IMG/VR virus record: IMGVR_UViG_3300042451_001197
Span: 32,001 to 96,000 of that record
Source of the DNA: a virus
Length of the DNA: 64,000 bases
Reading direction: 5' to 3' (one strand)
Within the stretch, counting starts at the first letter, position 1. Every line of letters starts with the position of its first letter. A program made the position numbers and the translations under genes. Positions 26,767-36,624 of this stretch are shown here, in pieces. The notes beneath the pieces were generated by a model, which worked only from the letters and a program-made list of their open reading frames with translations, had not been told where the DNA came from and did no database searches.

Positions 26767-27155
26767 AAGGTTTCTAATTCGCCATCAAATTCATCACAGG
26801 ATTTAACTTTTTTGTGATAAACATCCACAGGAATATTTGTAAAGTTATGAGTATAATCCCAAGCGTCGTCCATTAGTTTGTAATACATATCTTGGACTTT
26901 CATTGTTTGAGGCCAAAACTTGGTTCCGTAACCACCAATTACATAAAGAGTGACACTATAATGTTTGTATTTTGGTTGTCCTTCTAAAACTTCTCTATTG
27001 TCGGGATGTGTGACCTCAATCTTACATACAGCATCTTTATTTGGTTCAAGAATGGTTTGATTTAATAATGTCTCAATTAGTCCTGACAAATCTTTTTTGG
27101 ATTCGTTTAAAGACATCATTGATTGTATTCTTGATATTTGTTCTTGTAGTTTCAT
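26763..27155 (-). CDS. MKLQEQI-leader protein
   Basis: MKLQEQISRIQSMMSLNE, same leader as 22272 ORF with an unrelated body. Confidence 0.7.
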   Translation of the reverse strand: MKLQEQISRIQSMMSLNESKKDLSGLIETLLNQTILEPNKDAVCKIEVTHPDNREVLEGQPKYKHYSVTLYVIGGYGTKFWPQTMKVQDMYYKLMDDAWDYTHNFTNIPVDVYHKKVKSCDEFDGELETF

Positions 27156-27166
27156 TCCTTTTCAGA

Positions 27167-27775
27167 TTATTTTAAATTATTACTATCAGGTAAGTTTAAA
27201 AGAACACCCTCATTTCTCGAAAGATAATTATCTATTATTCTAATTATTTCAGGGGTCATATTTGGTATATCAGATATTTCAAAATTAAAACCCCATAATG
27301 GATTATCTTCCATATCGTATATACCATTTTCTGGTGAGTAATATACAATATTGGTTGCGAAGTTATTTATGTCATTTGATATTGTGACATAATAGTCACC
27401 CATCTCTTGTTCGTTTTTAAATTGATAACCTAATATTTCACAAACATCCGCAAAACGATATCCACCTTCATCCCATCTTGACATAATTAAAATCTCTGAT
27501 GGTATTGGTTGTCCTGTGATACCTATCTTTTCTTTCTTTGGTTTTCTTTGAATGATAACCGCGTGTTTACCTTTATGGTAATCTTCCCACTCACCAACAT
27601 CACTATTAATACACCATTGACAGAAACTTGCGTATTTCTGTAAAGCCTTATGTGTTAATGGAACAACCACAATAACATTATCGTCTTTGTAAAGTTCAAC
27701 TTTTTCTTTTTTTGGAACTCTTACTTCATTAAGTTCTTCCTTTAATATTCTTCTTATGGTTTGTTGTAAGTTCAT
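27167..27775 (-). CDS. Leader protein, unknown function
   Basis: MNLQQTIRRILKEELNE; VPLTH.A..KY....QWCI. Confidence 0.7.
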   Translation of the reverse strand: MNLQQTIRRILKEELNEVRVPKKEKVELYKDDNVIVVVPLTHKALQKYASFCQWCINSDVGEWEDYHKGKHAVIIQRKPKKEKIGITGQPIPSEILIMSRWDEGGYRFADVCEILGYQFKNEQEMGDYYVTISNDINNFATNIVYYSPENGIYDMEDNPLWGFNFEISDIPNMTPEIIRIIDNYLSRNEGVLLNLPDSNNLK

Positions 27776-27836
27776 TACAATATAAATATCGTTATGGTAA
27801 CTATTATACCGTAACGAATTGAGAAATTAATTTGTG

Positions 27837-28043
27837 TTATTTCTCTATAATGAATGGTACTGATGGGTTTGGTTGTAACATCGGATACATAACTTTAATT
27901 TTATCCAGTAACCCATTTTTTTCCAAATAATTTAATTTGAATATACATTCTTTTATTAATGGTATTCTTTTAGACTTTCGTAAATTCTTAATATTAACAT
28001 CACTTAGATATTTTTTAATTATTTGTTTTACTCTTGGTGTCAT
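27837..28043 (-). CDS. Hypothetical protein
   Basis: Overlapping stop/start chain. Confidence 0.5.
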   Translation of the reverse strand: MTPRVKQIIKKYLSDVNIKNLRKSKRIPLIKECIFKLNYLEKNGLLDKIKVMYPMLQPNPSVPFIIEK

Positions 28044-28252
28044 AGTTTTTCTATTTCGGTTTTAAGTTCAATTAACTCATCAATAAAAATCTTTCTTATT
28101 GTGTAGTCTATTCCTATCATTTCATTTTCAATGTAATTAATTTGATTATTAACCGCTATCAAAGCACATTGTTTTGATGTATCCGGGTCAATATCCCATC
28201 TCACATCTCTAAATTTGTTCCTTAACTCTATCGCTTTTTCTTTTAACATCAT
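28040..28252 (-). CDS. Hypothetical phage protein
   Basis: KEKA.EL...SKQCALIAV...EIEKL. Confidence 0.6.
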   Translation of the reverse strand: MMLKEKAIELRNKFRDVRWDIDPDTSKQCALIAVNNQINYIENEMIGIDYTIRKIFIDELIELKTEIEKL

Positions 28253-28548
28253 ATATTAGTTTTACTCATTACTCTCCACTCACCCATTATTGTATCAGCT
28301 ATTATGTAACAAACCTCTTCGTTTGTTTCCTTTCTTTTAAATGGTATTCTGTAACTACCATATTCACCCGATGTAAATAAACCCATTTCTATAGAGAATA
28401 TGAGACCCATTCCATATTTGGGTATAATCACTTCGTTTATTAGTTTGGATAATGTTTTACAGAACTCCTCTCTATGTTTTTTGGTGTAGTCTGATTCACC
28501 CGTTTGTATAAAACAGGAATAGGTTGGATTGTTTCCATATATGTTCAT
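28249..28548 (-). CDS. Hypothetical protein
   Basis: ORF track. Confidence 0.55.
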   Translation of the reverse strand: MNIYGNNPTYSCFIQTGESDYTKKHREEFCKTLSKLINEVIIPKYGMGLIFSIEMGLFTSGEYGSYRIPFKRKETNEEVCYIIADTIMGEWRVMSKTNI

Positions 28549-28554
28549 ATTGTA

Positions 28555-29166
28555 TTAATTTAAAGAGTTGGGTAAGAATAATAATGAGGGATTCTTTTTT
28601 TGTACATCAGGTACATCACCTTGTAATAACATATATTTATTAAACTCAAGAACGTCAAATCTTTTAGTTATTAAGTGGTATCCGTTTTTGGTTGGAATGG
28701 TTGCAATCACTTTATCTCCTTCAGGTCTGATAGAATTAATTAACTTACTAATTTTTAATAAAGCCTTTTCATCCTTACTATCAATATCGCAAATCCACCT
28801 TTTTTCGTATGTCTTAATCTGACCAACAACGGAATCAAATAAACCTTTTTGATTATGACTTCCATTCTTAATTCTCTCCGCTAATGACATCATCATTTCC
28901 AAGGAAACATCCTTATGATTTTGTTTCTGAACGTGAATGTATGCTCTCGCTTTAAACATCTCACAGAGTTGTTTAATTTCATCGTATCGTTTATGTAGAT
29001 ATTCAATACTTTCAACACAATAGGTCTTGATGGTTCTTACCGACTGATGATTATCTCTTTCTCCTTCGGGTTGGTCCTTCTTTCTTTTAAGAACGTAGAC
29101 CATATAGAAATCACCTTTTTCTTCAAAGTTCAGTAATGGTTTAATAAGTTCAATGTTGTCTATCAT
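28555..29166 (-). CDS. Putative AEP/prim-pol-like nucleotidyltransferase domain protein
   Basis: WICDIDSK (DxD) and IPTKNGYHLIT (TxxGxH) resemble AEP motifs I and II. Confidence 0.45.
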   Translation of the reverse strand: MIDNIELIKPLLNFEEKGDFYMVYVLKRKKDQPEGERDNHQSVRTIKTYCVESIEYLHKRYDEIKQLCEMFKARAYIHVQKQNHKDVSLEMMMSLAERIKNGSHNQKGLFDSVVGQIKTYEKRWICDIDSKDEKALLKISKLINSIRPEGDKVIATIPTKNGYHLITKRFDVLEFNKYMLLQGDVPDVQKKNPSLLFLPNSLN

Positions 29167-29218
29167 AAGTTTATTTTCTACATCACAAAGATAGTAAATT
29201 ATATTAACATTTACAAAT

Positions 29219-29249
29219 AAAAAACCCCGAGGATTATCTCAGGGTTCTT
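29219..29249 (-). terminator. Intrinsic terminator
   Basis: Plus strand AAAAAACCCCGAG-GATTAT-CTCAGGGTT. Confidence 0.65.
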
Positions 29250-29279
29250 AATTGTTTTGAATTTAACAAAAATAACTTA

Positions 29280-29570
29280 TTAAAATTCTGGTACTTCTAT
29301 CTCAGGACCGATTTTTTCAACCTCATCAATATAAATACCCATTGATGACGAGTCACCCACTCCACCAGGAAGGAAACACTCATCCCCCTCTTCATACGAA
29401 TAAAATGAATCAGGTCCCATATACCAACAAGGTTTTGGTTTTTTATAACCCTTAATTAAAACCCAATACCATCCACTTTTTTCAGGTAATTGTTTATTAC
29501 CTTCAGTATTACTATCTTCCTTTAATAAGTTCTTAAACTTATCCATTTGTTCTCTCATTTCTTTGCTCAT
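29280..29570 (-). CDS. Leader protein
   Basis: MSKEMREQMDKFKNLLKE; similar leader to 44736 ORF. Confidence 0.65.
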   Translation of the reverse strand: MSKEMREQMDKFKNLLKEDSNTEGNKQLPEKSGWYWVLIKGYKKPKPCWYMGPDSFYSYEEGDECFLPGGVGDSSSMGIYIDEVEKIGPEIEVPEF

Positions 29571-29622
29571 AATTTCTTTTTATTATAAATACTCCACAAA
29601 ATAAAAAATACTATCTATCATC

Positions 29623-29805
29623 TTAGTAACTCCAATATTCGTTTTGTATTTTTCTTACTTCTTCAATTCCTTCCATTATTTTTTTAAATGCCGGTTCCAA
29701 CTCTGAGTTATCACCATAAAAGATATGACCATATTCTTCTATATGATGATAGAAGTCAATTATCTCTTCCATTTCCACTTTTCTAATGTCTTTAATGTTC
29801 GGCAT
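29623..29805 (-). CDS. Hypothetical protein
   Basis: ORF track. Confidence 0.5.
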   Translation of the reverse strand: MPNIKDIRKVEMEEIIDFYHHIEEYGHIFYGDNSELEPAFKKIMEGIEEVRKIQNEYWSY

Positions 29806-30550
29806 CCTGATTTACTTCTATGTTATCAATATTTTGTTCCAAGTTGTTTAATATCTTAAATTCATTTGTTTCTTCAGTATAAACAATATAACTATTATTT
29901 TCAATCCAATCACCACAATTTAGATAATGTATTCCGTTAATAGTTTTATTTTCAGGTTTATGAATATGTCCACAAATTACCCCAATACAATTTCTTTTTT
30001 TAGCCTCATCAGCTAATTGATTTTCATAATTAGTAATAAACTTAACCGCGTTCTTTACTTTGTCTTTTGCCCACTTACTTAATGATTTTCTATATCCAAT
30101 AGATTTCAAAAACATATCAATTGTAATTGCTAATTCATAACCAAATGAACCTAACTTACCTAACCACTTTAATTTAACAATACCATCGTATAAATCTCCG
30201 TGTGTTATGTAATAGTTGTTCCATACATACTCATCACAAATTTTAATGTTATTTCCAAATTTTATTGGGGTGTATTCTCTTAAAAAGTCATCGTGATTTC
30301 CTGTAATGTAAACTACCTCACAACCTTTCTTAGACATTGATAATATTCTCTTAATAACTGAAGTGTAGTTATCAGTCCAAAAATGTCTTTTCTTTAATAA
30401 CCAACCATCAATAAAGTCACCGACAATGAATAGTTTTTTAGGTTTATATTTCTTCAGTATTGTTAGTAGTTCTTTTGATTTAGAACCTTTACTACCTAAA
30501 TGTACATCTGAAATGAAAAGTGCATCTATTTTAATCTTTTTTGGTTTCAT
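29792..30550 (-). CDS. LpxH/YbbF-like metallophosphoesterase
   Basis: FISDVHLG, VGDFIDGW, ITGNHDD, THGDLYD, ICGHIH, YLNCGDWIE. Confidence 0.88.
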   Translation of the reverse strand: MKPKKIKIDALFISDVHLGSKGSKSKELLTILKKYKPKKLFIVGDFIDGWLLKKRHFWTDNYTSVIKRILSMSKKGCEVVYITGNHDDFLREYTPIKFGNNIKICDEYVWNNYYITHGDLYDGIVKLKWLGKLGSFGYELAITIDMFLKSIGYRKSLSKWAKDKVKNAVKFITNYENQLADEAKKRNCIGVICGHIHKPENKTINGIHYLNCGDWIENNSYIVYTEETNEFKILNNLEQNIDNIEVNQDAEH

Positions 30551-30854
30551 TATCTTGAACTTTAAAATTATTGATTGGATAATCTAATTCTATTTCCCAC
30601 CCCTTATGTTTTTTATGTACAAAGTATAGTAAGTTTTGAACCTTGTCTGCATGATTCATATTCGTTAGCTTAAAGGTCATTTCCTTGACATACTTTCCAT
30701 TGTCGATTGAGTATTCAATTGCACTTAATGTTGCCACTGTATCCTTTTCATATAGGATTGTATTGTCTATGGAATGAAATCCTGTCGTGTCAATCTTTTT
30801 GATTGATGTACACCCAATTAAGAGTGTTGATAGTAGTATTGTTAGTTTTTTCAT
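30531..30854 (-). CDS. Putative lipoprotein
   Basis: MKKLTILLSTLLIG-C lipobox. Confidence 0.7.
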   Translation of the reverse strand: MKKLTILLSTLLIGCTSIKKIDTTGFHSIDNTILYEKDTVATLSAIEYSIDNGKYVKEMTFKLTNMNHADKVQNLLYFVHKKHKGWEIELDYPINNFKVQDNETKKD

Positions 30855-31009
30855 ATTGTGTTGTTTAATAAATGTATTCTCCTACTAATTGAGTAAGACC
30901 TTGTGAGTTAGTTGTTGTTTTAGGTATTGATTGACCAAAGAAATTGACCATATGCGCAAAATTCTGTTTCCATAACACAAAGATACAATTATTTTAATTG
31001 AAAAACAAA

Positions 31010-31585
31010 TTAATATTTGTCATAATATTCCCAAACTTCATCCAATTGAGATGGGTCAACAATAAAAGATTCCCAATCATCTTTTGCTACTTCAACATCC
31101 CTAACATCAATATAAAATGTTTTGGGTGTGAATGGGAATGATTTAACATATCCTCGTTTGTCAATCATTAAATTTCTATCTCCGTTCAACCAATCTTCTT
31201 CATTTAACCAACATCTTCCACTCCAAGTAATTCCTCTTTGGTCACGTTTGATGATAGCATCAATGTAGTAAGGTTTTCCATCTTTACCATCTTTGAATAA
31301 ACCCGAACAACGTTTGTTTTGATACCAGGGTTTGCCATCACCTAAATCTCTAACATCACTCCATTCTTCGTCTTTACCTGTAATAGGTTGTAGTGATTCG
31401 TACTTAGCCAATTTATGAAATAAACTAGCAACCATCGGTGCTGACATTCCCGAATGTCCTTGTTTGGAAAATAATTCAATTAATTCCATTACGGATTTAC
31501 CAGTGGCTCCTTCATAGAAGTCTCCTTTTTTATCAAATAGTCCCGCTATTTCGAGTTCCATTTTCGCGTGTTCAATTAGTCCCAT
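31010..31585 (-). CDS. Hypothetical phage protein
   Basis: HAK.EL, FSKQGHSGMSA, PITG.DEEW, QNKRCS. Confidence 0.7.
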   Translation of the reverse strand: MGLIEHAKMELEIAGLFDKKGDFYEGATGKSVMELIELFSKQGHSGMSAPMVASLFHKLAKYESLQPITGKDEEWSDVRDLGDGKPWYQNKRCSGLFKDGKDGKPYYIDAIIKRDQRGITWSGRCWLNEEDWLNGDRNLMIDKRGYVKSFPFTPKTFYIDVRDVEVAKDDWESFIVDPSQLDEVWEYYDKY

Positions 31586-31658
31586 ATTTTTATTTTACTT
31601 GTTTTTTCATATTTTTTATTTAAGTTAAAAATACTAAATTTTAATCACATAAACAAGT

Positions 31659-31925
31659 CTATTTTTCTCTATATAATATCGCATCCTTCCAGAAATATCC
31701 TGAGTGTACTTTACCTATATCAAGTCGTGATACCCAATAATACACTTGAGTATCTCTATTGATAGAAGTTATGGTTACATATTCAATTCCATATTGTTCT
31801 TTATCAAAGTCGGATGCTTTTAGTTTGTCTCCTACGTTATATAGGTACTTGTTACTGATTGGTGTGTCTTTGGGTTTTGGTCTTCCTCTATCTCCTCCTA
31901 TTCTATTGTCTGTAAATTGTCCCAT
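31659..31925 (-). CDS. Hypothetical protein
   Basis: ORF track. Confidence 0.55.
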   Translation of the reverse strand: MGQFTDNRIGGDRGRPKPKDTPISNKYLYNVGDKLKASDFDKEQYGIEYVTITSINRDTQVYYWVSRLDIGKVHSGYFWKDAILYREK

Positions 31926-32329
31926 TATCTTATTTGAAATTTAGTTACAACCCAATCAAAATCATTGTAATCTGTTACCTTGAAGTAATAATGTCCACCT
32001 GTTCGTTCGCATCTAAATTTTAATAACCACAAATCTGTATGTTTCAATTCTTCAATTATTTCTTCATTACCTGACCAACCATAAGTGTGGATTTCCAATA
32101 GTCCATTTTCATATTCAATCGCGTCCTTATAAGTCCAAATGGTTTTAATGTATTCAATTAGTTCATCAAACTTTCCTTTTCCAAAAAACTTTCCTGTTTT
32201 CACTTCTATAATAGAACTATTAGCTGACCAATTTTTAATATAGTCTAACGCTTCTGGAGTCGGATATCCTTCCTTATCTATTAATGTTTTTGGGTATTCC
32301 CAATGTACTATTGAACTCATATTATTCAT
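31925..32329 (-). CDS. Hypothetical phage protein
   Basis: GYPT, HT.GWSGNEEII, GGHY.F. Confidence 0.65.
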   Translation of the reverse strand: MNNMSSIVHWEYPKTLIDKEGYPTPEALDYIKNWSANSSIIEVKTGKFFGKGKFDELIEYIKTIWTYKDAIEYENGLLEIHTYGWSGNEEIIEELKHTDLWLLKFRCERTGGHYYFKVTDYNDFDWVVTKFQIR

Positions 32330-32502
32330 CTTTATCTGTTAATCTATATTCCAAATGACAATAACCATTGTAAAGAATTAATGTTATAAAAAACCACCAA
32401 TTACCAACTGATGGGTCAACCTTTTTAATCATAATATCAAGTGCCACGATAACCATAAACCCAAACATTATTTTGAAAAAGTATTTGAAGTAATGTCCCA
32501 TA

Positions 32503-32721
32503 TTAGTTTTGTTTTTTTATTCTATCTTTTTTACATCCCAATTTATAACATTCATCAGTCATATGAAAAGCCATACAAGTACAGGTAGTATCAAGTTTTT
32601 TAATCAAATTATTCAATACACTATATGAGAAATGTTCAAATGTAGTTTCATCGTGATTTAAAAAATAATCTCTAATTGACTTAATGTCTTTATATTCTTG
32701 TTCTGATAAATGTAATTGCAT
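32503..32721 (-). CDS. Hypothetical protein
   Basis: ORF track. Confidence 0.5.
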   Translation of the reverse strand: MQLHLSEQEYKDIKSIRDYFLNHDETTFEHFSYSVLNNLIKKLDTTCTCMAFHMTDECYKLGCKKDRIKKQN

Positions 32722-32722
32722 A

Positions 32723-33181
32723 TTAATCTTGTTTGTTTAATGAGTCGATAATGTATTTAAAAAATTCACTCATATCCATTTTATACTCAACATCTCCTTC
32801 TTTAAAAGTATCCCATTTTGTAGCCATAAACATAAGATTGATAACATCCTCCTCTGTGTATTTATACTTGGACATTTCCATAGCTTGTTGATGCCAATGG
32901 TCAGATTCAGATTGCCAATACTCCACATCTTTAACCATCTCTTCCTGACATTTAGTATAACCTTTGATATAACCCATAGGTGCTGCCGTAAAAAATGGAT
33001 TATGTAGATTATCTTTATATTCCTCGTTGGCTAGTTTTTCTATTTCTCCCCTAGTTTTCATATTAGGATTTTGTTTCACACTAATATCTATTAAATTAAA
33101 ATGTTTACATACTGCAGATGTTCTTTGATATTGACCACATTCGCTACAAGTATAACCACCACCTAGTATTGGATTTTCCAT
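32723..33181 (-). CDS. LNKQD-family paralogue with N-terminal CxxC extension
   Basis: MKT..EIE.LA, GY..CQE, KYTEED, LNKQD. Confidence 0.65.
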   Translation of the reverse strand: MENPILGGGYTCSECGQYQRTSAVCKHFNLIDISVKQNPNMKTRGEIEKLANEEYKDNLHNPFFTAAPMGYIKGYTKCQEEMVKDVEYWQSESDHWHQQAMEMSKYKYTEEDVINLMFMATKWDTFKEGDVEYKMDMSEFFKYIIDSLNKQD

Positions 33182-33182
33182 A

Positions 33183-33482
33183 TTAATCTTGTTTGTTTAG
33201 TAATTGGATTATTTGATAATCATTATATTCAAATTCTTTTTCGGTTTCCCATTCAGATATTCTCGTTACCCTTATTCCTTCCCTTGCCATTTCTATTGCC
33301 TTTATAATATCTTCCTCTGTATATTTCTTATCTTTACCATCTTCCTGACATTTTTGATAACCAATAATAAATCCATCACAAAATATATGTTCTTCTTCTT
33401 TTGTGGAAGTTATTAGGACAAACTTTTCAAGAGAACCCAAAGTATTCTTGGCAAGTATTTCAATTTCTTCTTGTGTTTTCAT
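33183..33482 (-). CDS. LNKQD-family paralogue
   Basis: Shared motifs. Confidence 0.65.
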   Translation of the reverse strand: MKTQEEIEILAKNTLGSLEKFVLITSTKEEEHIFCDGFIIGYQKCQEDGKDKKYTEEDIIKAIEMAREGIRVTRISEWETEKEFEYNDYQIIQLLNKQD

Positions 33483-33483
33483 A

Positions 33484-33753
33484 TTAGTCTTGTTTGTTTA
33501 ATTCATTAAACCATTCATCAAATTTAACTCTTGGTAATCTTTCATTACCACTATGGGTTCTGCCTTCTGAGTGAAAAGTATCTAACACCAATTTACCAAA
33601 CTCATATAGTTCTTTAGTCATATCTTTCTGACATTGGATATACCCATCTTGAAAACAAGCATTAACCAGATACTTACCTAATTTATCAGAGACATCCTCA
33701 TGCGTAGTTGCAAAATTTTCTCCCATCTGTTTTATTTCTTGTTTAGTCTTCAT
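33484..33753 (-). CDS. LNKQD-family paralogue
   Basis: Shared motifs, lacks KYTEED. Confidence 0.65.
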   Translation of the reverse strand: MKTKQEIKQMGENFATTHEDVSDKLGKYLVNACFQDGYIQCQKDMTKELYEFGKLVLDTFHSEGRTHSGNERLPRVKFDEWFNELNKQD

Positions 33754-34039
33754 TGTCTTTTTTGTTTAGTGAGTTAATATATGCTTGAAATATCTCTTGT
33801 TTTGTCTTATTGTTACAGAGCATTTCCACCACTTCCATACCTAATGACCAATCTAAAAAGCCAACCATATCTTCCTCTGTGTATTTCCTATTGATATTAT
33901 CCTGTTTACATCTTTTATAACCAATAATGAATCCATCATAAAATAAAGTTTCTTCTTCATTTGTTGATGTTATACAAACTTCTTTCTCAATAGTTTTTAA
34001 TGTTTCTTTAGCCAAAATTTCAATTTTATTTTCATCCAT
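33743..34039 (-). CDS. LNKQD-family paralogue
   Basis: IEILAK.TL...ITST.EEE..F.DGFIIGY shared with 33183 ORF. Confidence 0.65.
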   Translation of the reverse strand: MDENKIEILAKETLKTIEKEVCITSTNEEETLFYDGFIIGYKRCKQDNINRKYTEEDMVGFLDWSLGMEVVEMLCNNKTKQEIFQAYINSLNKKDNED

Positions 34040-34043
34040 TTTG

Positions 34044-34286
34044 TTACTTGTTTAGTTTAATAAAATCCCTCACAACATTTTTATCGGTATGTGAGTACCA
34101 CTCCCTTCTTAATTTTAAAATAGTATGTAAATCTTCCTCAGTATATTTCTTATCAGCCATATCTTCTTGGCATTGAGTGTAACCTAAAACACAACCTTCA
34201 TAAACAGATTGTTTATGTTGGTCATTAATAGATTCTGTGTCAACAATGTTACTACAAATATTTTCTATTTCTTTTTTAGTTTTCAT
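34044..34286 (-). CDS. LNKQD-family paralogue (start corrected)
   Basis: MKTKKEIE...GYTQCQEDMADKKYTEED. Confidence 0.65.
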   Translation of the reverse strand: MKTKKEIENICSNIVDTESINDQHKQSVYEGCVLGYTQCQEDMADKKYTEEDLHTILKLRREWYSHTDKNVVRDFIKLNK

Positions 34287-34623
34287 TCTCCAATAATTTT
34301 TTAATTTCAGGCTTAAAATCCAAATAATCCAAATCTGGGTCACAAACATTATCTACCAAAACTTCATAACCCATCAAAATTCTCATATGAATATGTGAGA
34401 TATTTGAACGATAATAATCAAAATAATATTCATAAACAAACCCTCTTTCATCATCCTCACAATGTTTGATTATAGGTCCGAAATCTTCATCTTCCAACCA
34501 ATCTTCTTTGAGTCTTTCCCATTCGTGGGAATTTTCGGGGTCAATCCGTGATAATTCATCAGTAAATTGTAACCAAGTTCTTAGTTTATTCCTATGTTCT
34601 ATCGGTGCCTTCGCCATTCTCAT
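34276..34623 (-). CDS. Hypothetical protein (start corrected)
   Basis: TATCTTTG-TATT-ATG. Confidence 0.6.
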   Translation of the reverse strand: MRMAKAPIEHRNKLRTWLQFTDELSRIDPENSHEWERLKEDWLEDEDFGPIIKHCEDDERGFVYEYYFDYYRSNISHIHMRILMGYEVLVDNVCDPDLDYLDFKPEIKKLLENEN

Positions 34624-34665
34624 AATACAAAGATACAAAATTGTTTTGAATTAAACAAATTTTTT

Positions 34666-35379
34666 TTAAAATTCCCTTTCCTTTTCCATTCGTTTTAAAC
34701 AATCTAATGGAGTTTCGTTTGGTAATAATTCATAACCACATCCAAGTGTGCCGCCCTTCCAACTACTTTTTCTCTTACCACATTCTTTTGAAAAATGTAC
34801 ATCAATTGTTCTTCTTGTTTTGGCGAATAAACTTGTCCATTTTAACCATTTTGGTCGCCACTCTCTTTCATCAACATAAATGGTTGTAGGTATAATTTCT
34901 CCATCATAAGAATCTGTATAGTCATATGCCCAAGATTTCTGTTTTTGTTTCCATTCATCATTATAGAAATCTTTCTTATTTCCTTTGGTTTCATGTTCCC
35001 AAGTATCATCATTTAATAAAATTGATGTTCTAACCCAATCCATAGTAAGGAATGGTATATTCCAAGTCCACCATTTATTCCCACCTTTCATATTTCCTTC
35101 CCCTCCTCGATGAACCCAAAGTGTATTGTCAAATATGGTAATTCCATATTTGGGTGGAACACATTCATCAGTCCATTCGTTTCTAAATGGTAGAACTAAA
35201 CTTAAACTAAAGAATATAAGGTCTAAATTAATCCTGGGTCGATTATCGAAATAACCACATTTTTCATAACTGATGTCAAAATTCCATCCCCAGTAAAAAA
35301 TTACCCAATCATTATAATCATAATCATTTTTACTTGTTGTTGAGATGTAATAACATTTGTCTCTTTTTCTAAATTTCAT
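34666..35379 (-). CDS. Trp-rich hypothetical phage protein
   Basis: EREWRP.W...I.V.FS.ECG....WKGGTLGC. Confidence 0.7.
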   Translation of the reverse strand: MKFRKRDKCYYISTTSKNDYDYNDWVIFYWGWNFDISYEKCGYFDNRPRINLDLIFFSLSLVLPFRNEWTDECVPPKYGITIFDNTLWVHRGGEGNMKGGNKWWTWNIPFLTMDWVRTSILLNDDTWEHETKGNKKDFYNDEWKQKQKSWAYDYTDSYDGEIIPTTIYVDEREWRPKWLKWTSLFAKTRRTIDVHFSKECGKRKSSWKGGTLGCGYELLPNETPLDCLKRMEKEREF

Positions 35380-35382
35380 AAT

Positions 35383-35583
35383 TCATTTAATTTTATTTGT
35401 TTTTAAACCTTCCATTCCCGCTTTTATTATTGCCGCAATTGCCCACCATCCAAGTAAAATTACTATAAAGTCAAATCTAAGTTCTTTCCCCCACAAACCA
35501 GGGTTCAATTGCCATTTGAAAAAACTGATGATTAGATAAAATAGTATCGTACCTACTCCGGCTATGATTGTATATGTTTTCAT
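35383..35583 (-). CDS. Small membrane protein
   Basis: Two hydrophobic segments. Confidence 0.55.
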   Translation of the reverse strand: MKTYTIIAGVGTILFYLIISFFKWQLNPGLWGKELRFDFIVILLGWWAIAAIIKAGMEGLKTNKIK

Positions 35584-35588
35584 ATTTT

Positions 35589-35783
35589 TTATTTTAATTT
35601 TTTCAGTTCATCACTTAGTTTTAATAGTTCCTCCGCCAATTTAGTTTTACCGTAAAAACAATTATCACAAGAACAATTAGGTTTCCTTTTTTTTCTGTCT
35701 ATTATTTCATCATCATCCAAAGTACAATCTGGATTTCTTTTATCGTAATAACAGAGTGATTCTAAGATTTCTGAATATTCCAT
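35589..35783 (-). CDS. Small Cys-rich protein
   Basis: LC.YD.RNPD...CSCDNCFYG. Confidence 0.6.
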   Translation of the reverse strand: MEYSEILESLCYYDKRNPDCTLDDDEIIDRKKRKPNCSCDNCFYGKTKLAEELLKLSDELKKLK

Positions 35784-35854
35784 ATTTTTAGTTTATATAA
35801 TACAAAGATATGAAATTAATTTTAAATTACAAAATTTAATTTTCAGAATTCATT

Positions 35855-36274
35855 CTAATTTTGTAACTCTAGATTTTCATAGATATTATCTATAACAATA
35901 AGATCGTAACCATCTATCGTAATATTTTTATGTGTTTGGTGTATCCCAACCATATCACCATATTCTTCTTTGGAATAAATGAATCTAAGATTGAATTTTG
36001 ATTCTCTTCCACTCCATTCTACCACATATGTTCTTGACCAATCTTTAACGACATCGCCTTCATATATTTCTTTACCATTTTTGTCTTTTAGTCCAATATA
36101 TTCTCTTCGAATTAAATTATCCACACTCATAACACCTTTATTCCACTTAGTCATGGCATTGGAGTTAAATTCTGTTACAGACCATTCCCATTCCCCATAA
36201 TGATTAATTCGTTCATAACCAAAATGTTTATTGTCGCGTAAAACTTCAAATTTAATTTCTTTCATTCTAGTCAT
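35855..36274 (-). CDS. YopX-family protein
   Basis: MKEIKF...YIGLKDKNGKEIYEGDVV...VI.NIYEN.EL. Confidence 0.85.
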   Translation of the reverse strand: MTRMKEIKFEVLRDNKHFGYERINHYGEWEWSVTEFNSNAMTKWNKGVMSVDNLIRREYIGLKDKNGKEIYEGDVVKDWSRTYVVEWSGRESKFNLRFIYSKEEYGDMVGIHQTHKNITIDGYDLIVIDNIYENLELQN

Positions 36275-36575
36275 TTTTTAATATTTTTGACAATTCTTCT
36301 GGTGTGGGATTTCTTCTTTCATTACACATAAGACACTCCATCTTAGTAAATTCCTTAGGGTATGTATGAGTTCTTTCCCACCTATGTTCACCCCCATTTA
36401 AACAATCCGCTTTATATGATTCATAGTAATAGACTATTGATGTGGTATAAGTGAAATTTTTGCCACAATCATCACATTCTTGTTGATAGGTTTCACCCTC
36501 TTCATAACCATAACCATCATCGTGGTTGATTTCTTGTCCTTTTTCACAATATGGGCATTCTACATCATAACTCAT
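36267..36575 (-). CDS. Zinc-finger protein
   Basis: CPYC, CDDC, C....H...CLMC. Confidence 0.65.
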   Translation of the reverse strand: MSYDVECPYCEKGQEINHDDGYGYEEGETYQQECDDCGKNFTYTTSIVYYYESYKADCLNGGEHRWERTHTYPKEFTKMECLMCNERRNPTPEELSKILKND

Positions 36576-36624
36576 AATATTTATTTTTTTACGAAAATAC
36601 GAAATTAATTTTAAATTACAAAAT

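Noticed and set aside
27789-27817. Hairpin CGTTATGGTA...TACCGTAACG as another attC-like site
   Set aside because: Core order is inverted (GTT first, AAC last) and it lacks the GATA/TATC inner boxes; more likely a terminator-like hairpin
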